Shown: in pieces, positions 1-15,772 of the stretch
Position numbering within the stretch: the first letter of the stretch is position 1
How the letters are laid out: each line of letters opens with the position of its first letter
NCBI RefSeq assembly: GCF_009914755.1
Contig: NC_060928.1
Length of the DNA stretch: 64,000 nucleotides
From: the human T2T-CHM13v2.0 reference genome, Homo sapiens
Direction: 5' to 3' (one strand)
Made by a program: the position numbers and the translations under genes
The notes under the pieces: generated by a model
Databases searched by the model: none
What the model was told of the DNA's origin: nothing
What the model saw: only the letters and a program-made list of their open reading frames with translations

Positions 1-285
1 GTGCGTCCCAGTTAGGCTGCTCGGGGGTCAGGGTTCAGGGACCCACTTGAGGAGGCAGTCTGCCGGTTCTCAGATCTCCAGCTGCGTGCTGGGAGAACCA
101 CTGCTCTCTTCAAAGCTGTCAGACAGGGACATTTAAGTCTGCAGATGTTACTGCTGTCTTTTTGTTTGTCTGTGCCCTGCCCCCAGAGGTGGAGCCTACG
201 TGGCAGGCAGGCCTCCTTGAGCTGTGGTGGGCTCCACCCAGTTGGAGCTTCCTGGCTGCTTTGTTTACCTAAGCAAGCCTGGGCA

Positions 286-501
286 ATGGCGGGCGCCCCT
301 CCCCCAGCCTCGCTGCCGTCTTGCAGTTTGATCTCAGACTGCTGTGCTAGCAATCAGCGAGATTCCGTGGGCGTAGGACCCTCCGAGCCAGGTGTGGGAT
401 ATAGTCTCGTGGTGCGCCGTTTTTTAAGCCGGTATGAAAAGCGCAATATTCGGGTGGGAGTGACCCAATTTTCCAGGTGCGTCCATCACCCCTTTCTTTG
501 A
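286..501 (+). CDS. ORF0: L1 ORF0, primate antisense 5'UTR ORF, intact 71 aa
   Basis: ATG at 286 in GCAATGG context gives MAGAPPPASLPSCSLISDCCASNQRDSVGVGPSEPGVGYSLVVRRFLSRYEKRNIRVGVTQFSRCVHHPFL*. This matches the known ORF0p length and sequence apart from a few substitutions. Expression is not shown. Confidence 0.85.
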   Translation: MAGAPPPASLPSCSLISDCCASNQRDSVGVGPSEPGVGYSLVVRRFLSRYEKRNIRVGVTQFSRCVHHPFL

Positions 502-715
502 CTCGGAAAGGGAACTCCCTGACCCCTTGCACTTCCCAAGTGAGGCAATGCCTCGCCCTGCTTTGGCTCGTGCACGGTGCACGCACCCACTGGCTTGCGC
601 CCACTGTCTGGCACTCCCTAGTGAGATGAACCCGGTACCTCAGATGTTAATGCAGAAATCACCCCTCTTCTGCGTTGCTCACGCTGGGAGCTGTAGACCG
701 GAGCTGTTCCTATTC

Positions 716-725
716 GGCCATCTTG
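716..725 (-). promoter_or_regulatory. YY1 site of the L1 internal sense promoter
   Basis: CAAGATGGCC on the minus strand near the L1 5' end, intact. Confidence 0.85.
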
Positions 726-736
726 GCTCCTCCTCC

Positions 737-5147
<4,411 letters not shown>

Positions 5148-5900
5148 AATAAGGAGTTTCATTTGGAATTCCTTTTAAGGAACCAGAATTCAGCCCCATT
5201 GCTCTACTTACATAAAATAATGAATAGTTTCAATTTTCTCCATTACAATACTGCTTTCTCATCCACAACTGACTATAGACATTCCTGTAAGATGAGGGTT
5301 TCCAACCTACGGTCTATGGAGAAGCCACAGATGGGTATGTGCAATAAGCTTTGTCCAAAGACTGCACACACAATTTGTCTCTTACTCCTCTGAACTATTT
5401 TTTAATAAATGGAAGTGCTGTTGTAATTGAGAACATAAAAAATTAGCATAAAAACATTATCGTATTAACAGTATCTTTTGTTATCATGTATTTTCTCAAT
5501 CGATGAAGATAAAATATACTGACAACCTGCGATAAAGGAGTATACTTGAAATTTTGAGGTGTAATGCTAGAGAAAGTTGGGAATCTTTTTCAATATGTTT
5601 TATATTAATTAAATTCTGGTCTTTCTTTAACTTCTTTATGGCCTCCCACTGTGTGTCTCACCATGATCTCCAAAATGTCAAATAATTTGAATGGTTGCAA
5701 TGGAAAAATCTCTGGGTAACTTCCTTTCAATGTGCTCTATTTAGCATAGCTTAGAGAAATCTTCATTTCCCCTATGCCTATTTCTGAACCCTCCCTTCAC
5801 CCCAACCACCATGGCCTCAACTGTATGTTTTAGCACTGCGTTCTGCCCAGAGAAATTCAAGCATTGCTGCAGTAGCTTGATGACATTATCAAGGACACAA

Positions 5901-5951
5901 GTATGTATGTTTGTTTGTTTGTTTGTTTGTTTGTTTGTTTTTTTGTTTGTT
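5901..5951. repeat. (GTAT)n/(GTTT)n microsatellite
   Basis: gtatgtatgtttgtttgtttgtttg... seen directly. Confidence 0.9.
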
Positions 5952-5964
5952 AATTTTCCTGGTC

Positions 5965-6300
5965 TACCAATCTCAGCCAGTTGGCTGGCTTTTGATGTCA
6001 AGCTTGTTCCCTCGTGGTTCAAGAAGACCACAACATCACAGCCACATCCAAAGGCCAAAAAAAAATAACATTTTTTTCTCACCCATCTCTTTTTATCAGG
6101 AGGAAAATCTTTCCCAGAAGTCCCTCCCTGAGAACATTCCCAGAAGATCCCCTCAGGGACCACTAACAAGGAGAGTTCACATGGCCAAACTCAAACTGCA
6201 AGGAGGCAGGGAAAACAAGCACTGGAATTTTCACCTCTATAGCAAGAAGTGGGTACTTCCGGCAGAGTTAGGAGACAAGAAATGGAAAAAAGGCTGATGA
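5965..6300 (-). mobile_element. Old MaLR LTR fragment (MLT1J/K-like)
   Basis: Motifs TTTCCCAGAAG...TCACATGGCC...TGCAAGGAGGCAGGGAAA are typical of MLT1. Boundaries are approximate. Confidence 0.55.
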
Positions 6301-6589
6301 GTGTTTCCCTTAGATAGAGGCTGTAAATTCAAGCTGAAAGGACACATATGTAGGCTTTGGGAGCCAAATCTACTCTTGTTCTAAGCCTGCTTTAGCTCTA
6401 ATTTATCTCCCCATCCAATTCTTTACTTCCTTTTTAATCCAGTTATTCCCAAAGATCTTTATGGAGTGAGTTTTCTTTGTTCTCAAGATCATTTAAATTC
6501 ATTGTAGAAAAATTTAAAATACCAGTAAGCAAATACTAGAAAAAGTAAGTTATGCTACTCTGAGACAAATACTGTTAATAGCTTGGTAC

Positions 6590-7015
6590 ATATTTCTTTA
6601 ATCATTGTTATAGTAACATATAGCAATGTTTAAATACATTTAATATATTAAATATATTATGTTTAATTTATATATTAAATATATTTAAACATATAACAAT
6701 GTTTAAAGAAATGTTACTATAACAATGTTTAAAGAACTATATATCACATATACATTATACAAACAAATATATATAATATGCATATATGTATATACATACA
6801 TATATGTATACAACATACATATATATGTTATACATTTGGGTATATATGTTACACATATACTTTTGTGTGTATGTGTACATACATATAAATGTGTATGTAC
6901 CAACACACATTTGTATGTTATATGTATAGATATACATATATATAACACATATATAACATATAACAATGTTTAAAGAAATAAATATGTAGTAATATACAAT
7001 GTTTAAAATACATTT
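6590..7015. repeat. AT-rich (TA/CA/TG)n low-complexity tract with a repeated CAATGTTTAAA motif
   Basis: Seen directly. The Y/I-rich ORFs here are artefacts. Confidence 0.85.
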
Positions 7016-7739
7016 TTGCAAGGTATTTTCCTTATAGTGTTTTCTTCTACTTCACTATATATAGGAATGCAAAAATGCAAGAGAAATCACTGTGCTTAAC
7101 TTTAAAAGTTGAACTATTTTGGAAAGCAAATTGAAGTCTTTAGAAAGTAGCCAATGCCAACTGATAGACAAAGATAATAGGAAAAAGAAACAGTCATAAA
7201 AGAGTTTGAAATAGTGTCAATTTCAAGTTAATTCATCAAGTTTATACATTAGTAAATGTGAAGTTACATGGTATTTGGCCAAAGTGTAATATTTGATGAA
7301 ATTAATTTCCAGTCTAACATTTGAAATAAGAACACCATTAGATTTCCATGCATATCCAGGTTTGCTTTGACTATTACAGGCATAAGTCATTCCTTTTAAC
7401 TCTGTTATGAATAATTCTGTAGCATTAGAAGGATTTAGGGTATTAAATGTTTGCTCTAGTTTACAAAAACATCCACAGAAAAAGCACTTTTATCTTTCAG
7501 AGTTTTCACTGAGCTTTTTCAAGGAACTTATTCAAATTCACCCTAAAACTCATTTTTGAATAACAAATATAGTAACTTTAAATTAGTCAGCATCACAGAA
7601 ACGTTTTCCTTGCACTTCTAGAAAACACCTGCCCACAGCTCACATCTCATGGAGATGACGACAGCTTGATAGTGTGATTTTGACCAGCCATCTTGACTTT
7701 GCTTCTTTGATGCATCTATTTGGCCATGGGAATGTTTTG

Positions 7740-7930
7740 ATGTTGTTCATATTCCAGCTTTGTCATTTATTAGATGTTTTCTGGTGACCTATGACTTAAT
7801 CTTTATAAAGGCTCCACTTTCTCATGTATAGAATAAAAATAGTAATATGCACCTAATAAGCTTGTGGTGAGGATTAAATGAAATATTTTAAGTGCTTATG
7901 TCTAGGACATATCAGTGGCTCAGTAAGTAT
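7740..7930 (+). mobile_element. MIR fragment
   Basis: Resembles the MIR core: ...CTCATGTATAGAATAAAAATAGTAAT...GTGGTGAGGATTAAATGA. Confidence 0.55.
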
Positions 7931-10049
7931 AGCAATGACAAAATCAGCAACTGGGGTATTGATGATGTTGATGGATGAAGATGGAGCAAGTGCCTGTACA
8001 ACATAGGACTAAAAAGATGCTCTCCCTTTATCTGAGGGTCCGGTTCAAGCATCCCTAAACATAAAGCATGTTCAGTAAGCTTAATTATCAACTTTCAGAA
8101 TTAAGTTGGGAAAATTAAAGTTATGTGAACTTCAGAATCAAAAAAGTTAGAGGCAAGAGTACTATCATGTGTTTGGTAGTGGCACTTACTGATGAAAGGT
8201 GACACTACAGGCCAGAAGTACCTTTCACATCTATTTCTTTCCTCAATTTACTGACTTAATTGGTTTTTAACATACTGATGGTTCATTTTTTGCCAGGTAT
8301 TTTCTAGGTTCTTATTTTTGTCTTGGTATTGCAAAAGTTCTAGAAGCTATTAATGAAATCAGGGTATGCCCAGCTATCAAAGAAATGTTTATGATATAGA
8401 CTTAGGCATATAGAAAGGAAAAAAGTCAATGGTGGAGAATAGACTGCAGTTTGGAAAATGCTATGAACCAATCCACTAAAACAAATGTTAAAAGAGGAAC
8501 CACTACTGTTTCCAGAGAATCCTCATGAAAACTTCAACCATGAGTGCACACAGTACTAGAAACATACATGGCTCCTTAAAAAGATTCTTCAGAAACATGT
8601 GGCTGCTTCTATTTGTCCAGGATAAAACTTGCTATTACAGCATTTCCCAGTGTGAAAGAAATTGGAGTAGAAAGATTTCAATGTCGATTTCTGCTGGTAA
8701 ACTTTTCCACAGCTATTCCTCCCATCCCCATCAAACACTATCATCATTAAAAAGAATAGAGAAGAAAAACAACCACATTGTCCTACGAAATAGACAATAA
8801 AAATTAGATACAGTTTTTGCTGAAAGTGTAAAAGGAAGATAATTCTCTTAAGAAGCATGCCTCTGTTGACGTCAAATAAAGTTGTATGACTTAAGAAAGA
8901 AGGTACAACTAATTACTGATTATCTTCCACTCCATGAAAGGAAAGGTGGAAACAGATGATATTATAATTTGAATCAATTTATTGAATTTAAAATTACTAC
9001 TTTTCTACAGAATCTGTCTATGATGGTCACAGTAACCAGAGATCTGCAATGTAGTTTGCCTTGCCTGTGAATCCTGGTGTGTGTACATGTTTATGCATAG
9101 ATGTATATAGGAACAAAATGTTTAGCCAGCAGCTGATGGAAAAACATTTGTCCAGTGTTTTGAAATATACAATTCTATCTTGGATGACAACAGCTTGATG
9201 TAAATTTGACACTCTTGTCTACAAATGTTGGTGTGGCAGGCTTAGTGACAAGAATATGGCTGAAAATTCTATTCTGGCTCAGTGTAAGCATTTAAGCATA
9301 TGTCCATTTATCTCCTCCTGTACCAGTAACATATCCTATTCAACAGATGGGGCAGGTTACTGAGAACAAAGAATGATCGTGGCTTACGTTGTCTGCCCCA
9401 CAAACACCTCTTTGAAAAGAATTTAGCCTTCACTTTTCAGAGCACTTTGATGTTTTGCATTTGGTTTAAGGCTAGTTTGGTATTGAAAAAGACTGTACAT
9501 TCTTAATTCCTCAACACAGGAGTATATAAGAAAGGGAATTTTAACCCTTAATATTCTTGCCTGAAATCATCAGGCTAGGTAATATTAAACTTGAGTTAGC
9601 ACACTTACAAATTTCAGCCTGAGAATTTATATGGTGACCTAAAAGTTTCTCAAATCAAAGTTGAGTGGAGAAGCTTTTCAATGACTAAATCTGACAAGTA
9701 AATGAGTATACACACATACACACAGTCACTCAACATCTACCATAGACTCATCAGTTTTCTCCAGTATAGGTTCACTATTGAGAGAAAGAAAAAGGAAGGA
9801 AGAAAGGAATTTGCACATGAAAATTTAAGCCTCTAAAGTATGTAAAATTCCTGAAAAATGAACAAAACAGATTTTAGGATTTTATAAATTTATAAATCGA
9901 TTGATAGATTTTATAAATCAATATCACTTCATATTTCTCCATTGATTTATATCATTTTTTCAGAAATATTTTATCTGGTTTCTGATAAGCTCTTATTGCA
10001 TTAACTTTTACTTTAATTATTTGTGGCTATTTCACACAAACTGTATTTC

Positions 10050-10250
10050 AAAGCCGTTGCAGCACAATGGTTAAAACAGATCTGTGTTAGAATCCTGTCT
10101 CTCTTGTAAACTCTATTTGCTTTACAAAAGTAAACTAACCAGTCATCAGTAAAGGAGGCATTGTAATATCCACCCCACCAGACACTCTAAGGATAGAGTA
10201 AGCTCTACACGCAAGGTGCTTAGTACAGTGCCTTGTCCACAGTAACATTA
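10050..10250 (+). mobile_element. MIR fragment
   Basis: GCAGCACAATGGTTAA...GTGCTTAGTACAGTGCCT, a MIR-like pattern. Confidence 0.45.
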
Positions 10251-10274
10251 AAAAAAATGTCAATACCTGCTAAA

Positions 10275-10437
10275 CTTCAGATTTCAAACCTGGCTACTTA
10301 TTAGAACTTGGGTAGCTTTTTAAATACTGATACTGATGTCCCCATCCCATTCCAATGAAATCAGAATCTCTTTTTAATGTTCTCTTATTATTTATTATAA
10401 TAATATTTTAATGTGCAATCTGAGTTAAAACCCACTT
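10275..10437. mobile_element. MER5A-like hAT-Charlie DNA transposon fragment
   Basis: ...TTTTTAAATACTGAT...AATCAGAATCTC...TAATGTGCAATCTGAGTTAAAACCCA. Confidence 0.5.
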
Positions 10438-10725
10438 AGGCATTTTGTGGGCAAGGATTATATCTATCTTTTTCACCGTTTCATACCTATGACCTAGCAC
10501 AGTACTTGGTACAGAAAAGGTACTCAATATATATCTTGAATGAATTAATTTAAAAGGTCTGTCTGTTCAACATATTTCAAGATAAATTAACAACAAATAT
10601 CAGTACATGAAATGTTTATAAAACCAAGAAAAAAGAAAAGAAAAGTAATTCGGTATCCAAATGGAAACCTGAGCACACCATAGCTTCCATATTTAACTCC
10701 CAGGCAATAGAAGCATATGCCTTTC

Positions 10726-11719
10726 TGAAGGGGTGGACTGCCCCTCCACACCTGTGGGTATATGTCATCAGGTGGGATGAGAGACTAAGAAAAGAAATAA
10801 GACACAGAGACAAAGTATAGAGAAACAACAGTGGGCCCAGGAGACCGGAACTCAGCATACCAAGGACCTGCACCAGCACTGGTCTCAGAGTTCCCTCAGT
10901 TTTTATTGATTACTATTTTCACTATCTCAGCAAGAGGAATGCGGTAGGAGAGCAGGGTGATAATAGGAAGAAGATCAGCAAGAAAACATGTGAGCAAAGG
11001 AATCTGTGTCACAAATAAGTTCAAGGAGAGGTATTATGCCTGGATGTGCACGTAGGCCAGATTTATGTTTCTCTCTGCCCAAATATCTCTGTGGAGTAAA
11101 GAATAACAAAGCAGCATTGCTGCCAACATGTCTCGCCTCCCACCACAGGACAGCTTTTCTCCTATCTCAGAATTGAACAAATGTACAATCGGGTTTTATA
11201 CTGAGACATTCAGTTCCCAGGGGCAGGCAGGAGACAGTGGCCTTCCTCTACCTCAACAGCAAGAGGCCTTCCTCTTTTACTAAACCCCCTCAGCACAGAC
11301 CATTCATGGGTGTCGGGCTGGGGGACGGTCAGGTCTTTCCCATCCCACAAGGCCATATTTCAGACTATCACATGGGGAGAAACCTTGGACAATACCCGGC
11401 TTTCCAGGGCAGAGGTCCCTGCGGCTTTCTGCAGTGCATTGTGGCCCTGGTTTATCAAGACAGGAGAATGGCGATGACTTTTACCAAGCATACTGCCTGT
11501 AAACATTTTGTTAACAAGGCACATCTTGCACAGCCCTAGATCCCTTAAACCTTGATTCCATACAACACATGTTTCTGTGAGCTCAAGGTTGGGGCAAAGT
11601 TACAGATTAACAGCATCTCAGGGCAAGGCAATTGTTCAGGGTATAGGTCAAAATGGAGTTTCTTATGTCTTCCCTTTCTACATAGACACAGTAACAGTCT
11701 GATCTCTCTTTTCCTTACA
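10726..11719 (-). mobile_element. HERV-K(HML-2) solo LTR, LTR5A-like
   Basis: The minus strand begins TGTAAGGAAAAGAGAGATCAGACTGTTACTGTGTCTATGTAG and ends ...CACCCCTTCA (TG..CA). It is 994 bp with a 6-bp TSD CCTTTC (10720-10725) / CATTTC (11720-11725). Confidence 0.92.
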
Positions 11720-12289
11720 CATTTCCAGTCATCGTTGTATTATTCAGGTAAAATAAGAAGTGGATAATTTTGTTTAATCAGTAGAGCAACTAATAAGAGC
11801 TTTTACAACAACTTATAAAAATCTTACACTAGAAGAATAGTCCTCCACCTTTTTACTTTCACAGCATACTTATGAATACAGGAATGTTTGTCCACATACA
11901 AGAAGGGACTAAAAGCCTCAAAGCACACCAAATAAGCCAGAAGCAACTACAACATGATCATTACTATGAGTGGAAAAATGTCTCACAAGATTTATAAAAC
12001 TCACGCAGTTATCCAATCATTTCCTCAATCTTGTTGTAGAGAATACGTCTTAGAAGAATTTTGTTCTTACTTTACTTCCTTATAAACTCATGTGACAAAG
12101 TTCTCACACGTTCCAGTAAGCGTTCAAAAGATTTTCAATGCTATTTTAGCTTACAGTAATAGCAAATTATACTCACTTATACTCTATATGCACCCCACAA
12201 CCCTCTGAGCTCAAAGTTATATCTGACTGAAATTTTCAAGGTGGTAAGTATACTCGGTTGTGGTAAAAGGTAACATTATTCACTGATAA

Positions 12290-12760
12290 CATTATCCAGC
12301 TGTTTCTATAATAGTGCTATATAACAATACTTCCCCAAACTCAGCAATTTACAATTACAAGCATTTATACACATGCTTCTGGGATGGCAGGGAAGCTGCA
12401 GTTTGACTAATGTAGCCCGAGCGAGCTTGGCGGAGCAGCTCTTCCTCCTGCTTCAGGTCAGCCGGGCACTTCTCCAGACTGTGGGTTGTAGGTCTGCTCC
12501 GATGTCATATTTTAGGTCCCAGAAAAAGGGAACATATTCTTCATGTGGCAGATCACCAGAATGCAAGAGAAGCAAATCTAATCACAAAGCACATTTCAAG
12601 CATCTGCTCATCTCAAAGCTGACTTCATCCACTGGCCAAAGCAAGGCATATGGCCCATCCCCAAAATCAAGGTGATGGGGGGAGAAAGATGTATGTTATC
12701 CATTATGAAGCTATGGCAAGTAAATGGATGTGTAATTCTGTTCAAGGGAAGCTAAGCGCT
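12290..12760 (-). mobile_element. MaLR LTR (MLT1G/H-like)
   Basis: ATAACAATACTTCCCCAAACTCAG...CACATTTCAAG...CACTGGCCAAAGCAAG pattern. Confidence 0.6.
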
Positions 12761-13029
12761 CAGTTTCATACTGAGCAAAATATAGTGGCGTACAATTTGA
12801 GAACTCCTGCCAGAAAACTCCTGCCAGAGGAAAGAGAATAAGGCAAGCAGCATTGATTATCATGCTTTGACTGAATAGGTGGATACCTTTCCAACTGGTT
12901 TGCTCAAAATATCAAAATGGCTCTCTACCTACCAGAATTTAAATTTTTATGATTAGAATCTCATGTTAGTTAAACAACCAAAATTAGAGCTCCAAGAGAC
13001 TCCAATAAAATTTAGAATATTTCCTTAGA

Positions 13030-13290
13030 GACAGAGTAATAGAATCAGGTATCCTGAACCAGGCACAACAAGGTTTGAACCCCAGCTCCTACACTGACTA
13101 GCTGCGTGATCTTAAGTTACTTAAGTCTCTAAATGCTTGGAGTTTTTTGTTTCCTAGGTTGTTTTTGGCCGTTTTATTTTATTTCATCTATGTCTATACA
13201 TTGGAAATAGTACTGACCTCATGGAATGGTAGTGAGGATTAACTGAGCAAATAAGAAAAGCATCTGACCAACTATTGGTGCAATTTCTTC
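13030..13290 (+). mobile_element. MIR
   Basis: GGTTTGAACCCCAGCTCCTACACTGACTAGCTGCGTGATCTT...GTGAGGATTAA. Confidence 0.6.
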
Positions 13291-15599
13291 ATTCCCTTTC
13301 AGCCCTGAGAGCAGGGCCCACTTATGAGACTGGCTGTTTAGTTTCCTAAGAGAAGAGCAGAGGGAAAAGAGATGGTGATGATACAGCCTAAATTTCTTGG
13401 CACAGTCTTCATCTCTCTAAATATGTTTGTACCTTTGACACAATGTGTCTTTATTTCTTATTTAGAAAACACTATCACTCTTAGATGGATGACCTGGCAG
13501 TTACATGTGAGAAAGAAGATGCTCATCACTCTTTGCCCTCACCCTTCTTCATTAATCACCTCTCATCTAATTCTAACACACACTTTACTTCAATGCCATT
13601 TACTCTGTAAAGTATACATTGGAATCGCATGTATTCCCTGACCCTACGCTGCTCTCAACTAGGCTGGGTGCTCCTCCCATGTGCTCTATAGATCATAGTA
13701 ATTCTCCATCTTAACATTTCTCATGCCACATTGCAATTGTGCATTATGTGGATCCCCACTCTGCTCTAAGCTCTTGTCGGTCTTGTTCATTCATTTTTTG
13801 TAGGATATGACAGTGATGGGCATCTATTATTTTGGCCTGGCCAGCATCCAGCCCTTCTTCTTGTGGTATCTCCTTAGTGGCATTATTTTTTATCCCTAGA
13901 TTTAGCTTTAACTAAAAGTCTACCCATGAACCCTTCCCTAAATAATTTTTTTTAAAAGATCTCCTTTTGCTTACAACAGTTTGCATTACATTTGGAACTT
14001 CCAACTGAAATGACTGACATATAGAGGTGCTGGTTCATGGCCAAAGGGGTATTGCCAGTTACCAACCAAAAATATCCAATTTAATGAGTCAATGTACGGT
14101 AAACTGTTTCTCTTCTGCCCCCAAGTGGAAGCCAAGATTGAGTGCATTAGACTGAGGGTTCAGGGCATAGGCAGGGCATTGGGCCTCTTGCTCTGAGAAG
14201 CCTGGAGCCACAGACCCAGGGTACAGGGACTTGAAGGACACCAATAAACAGGAAGTGGGGAATGCAGATACCTCTGCAAACAAGCTCCCCTGGCCTCATC
14301 GCTTGGCATGGGACTCATCATGCTCCTCCCACAGGACAAATCTCAGTCTCCTGACAACGATGGGAAAGAGGATCAAATAGCTCAACTTCAGGAAGAAGTT
14401 GTTATGTTATTTTAAGAGTGAATGGAAGTCATTAGTACCATGACATTCCCGGTGTGGGCCTAGTCACGGAGCTGCCCGTTTGCCTTTGAAGCCGGCATGA
14501 TGCAGCTGCTCCTGCATGTTTGCTCTGAAAATAAGATCAGACACCTAATCCTCTCCCACAAGCCATTACATGTTAGAAATGCCTGATTCTCCCCAGGCCG
14601 CCTACAATCTCATGACCTGTCGTTTTTTTGCATTTACATCAGAGGGGATTTTCTTCCCTCTGCCTTACATTTCCATAGTTTCATAAAACTCTACATAATT
14701 GTACATAATTGAGGGTTTCAAACAGCAGTGATGGATTACATGACCTATTAAGTAATTTGATAGCCTACACCTCATTTTGCATTCAAAGACATGGGGTGAG
14801 CACAGAGAAAACGGACCTTCCTGGATCCCCTGATGGCTATGTGGTTGCCAACAGCTTTCCAGTGAAACACCTGTGAGAAACTGACCTATGCACATTGATT
14901 AGTAAGATTAGACTCAGAATTTGTGACAGAAAGAAGTATTTGAACACTTGTGCTTTGCACATATATGAATACATTTCTTTGCAATTGATTTTTGTATATA
15001 GGCAGAGGGTTGAGCAAAGCAGGGATAGAATTAAGTCCCTGAAAGCAAGAGCTGCTGATTTCTGATTAGGACCATATCCAGGAGTGCCATGGGTTTCAAA
15101 TTGTATTCTTTAACCTCTTTGCCCTCACATATGGGTCTGGAAGGAGTTTGCTGAGGGTTCCATGATGATTAACTGGTTACTTCTAACCACCATCAATATT
15201 TTACTTGAGGGTAATAATAATTCCTTCTTCCTTTTTTCACATTTTTTAGTAAATCAAGATTTTCAAGGGACTATATTGGATAAAGGTTTTAGCAAATTGT
15301 TATTTTTTATTTTTTATCATGAATTGAGTTGTGTAAACTTGGATAGTATTTCAAAGGGTTCTGTGGTTTTAGAAAGTTTGATGGTAGCTAACTCGAGGTA
15401 TTTCTCAGTCCTATAACTTCCAGCTTCAAGGTGATCCCTATGAGCAAGACTAAATACTGCCTAAATGATGCGGCCTCTATATTCACATCATCATTGGTTT
15501 TCTTTCCATTTTTTTACTCCCTCAAATTCCTACTAAAAACAAAAAAAGACACTAAATGAAACTAAAACTATGTCCAAAATATAAATAAACAAGTATATA

Positions 15600-15772
15600 T
15601 TGCTCTTTTAGAAGGCAAGTCTCATAATGGCCAGTGACAGAAACCAAAGTCAAAATAGCTTGAACAAAAGCAGAATACATTGTCAAACTCAGGTGTCCAA
15701 AGGACAGGCAGCCAAGAAGTCAGGCAGAGCACAGAGCCCAGTGCTGGGAGGATTTTAGGACTATTGCCTTTC
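15600..15772 (-). mobile_element. MLT1-type LTR, left part; probably resumes at ~25900-26150
   Basis: AGTGACAGAAACCAAAGTCAAAATAGCTTGAACAAAAG resembles the MLT1K/L end. Confidence 0.45.

Larger units (their letters stand above)
1..736 (-). mobile_element. 5'UTR of a young L1 (L1PA2/L1HS-like); the rest of the element lies left of the window
   Basis: The reverse complement begins GGAGGAGGAGCCAAGATGGCCGAATAGGAACAGCTCCGGTCTACAGCTCCCAGCG, the canonical L1 5' end. It is CpG-rich and has young-type positions as recalled (GACTATATCCC, AATATTGCGC, GGAATCTCGC, TTCCGAGTC). Confidence 0.95.

Noticed and set aside
6703-7021. Tyr/Ile-rich ORFs on both strands
   Set aside because: They are translations of low-complexity (TA/CA)n DNA.
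12150-12250. Possible exon ending GTG|GTAAGT
   Set aside because: Weak acceptor, no recognisable coding signal, and such motifs are frequent by chance.
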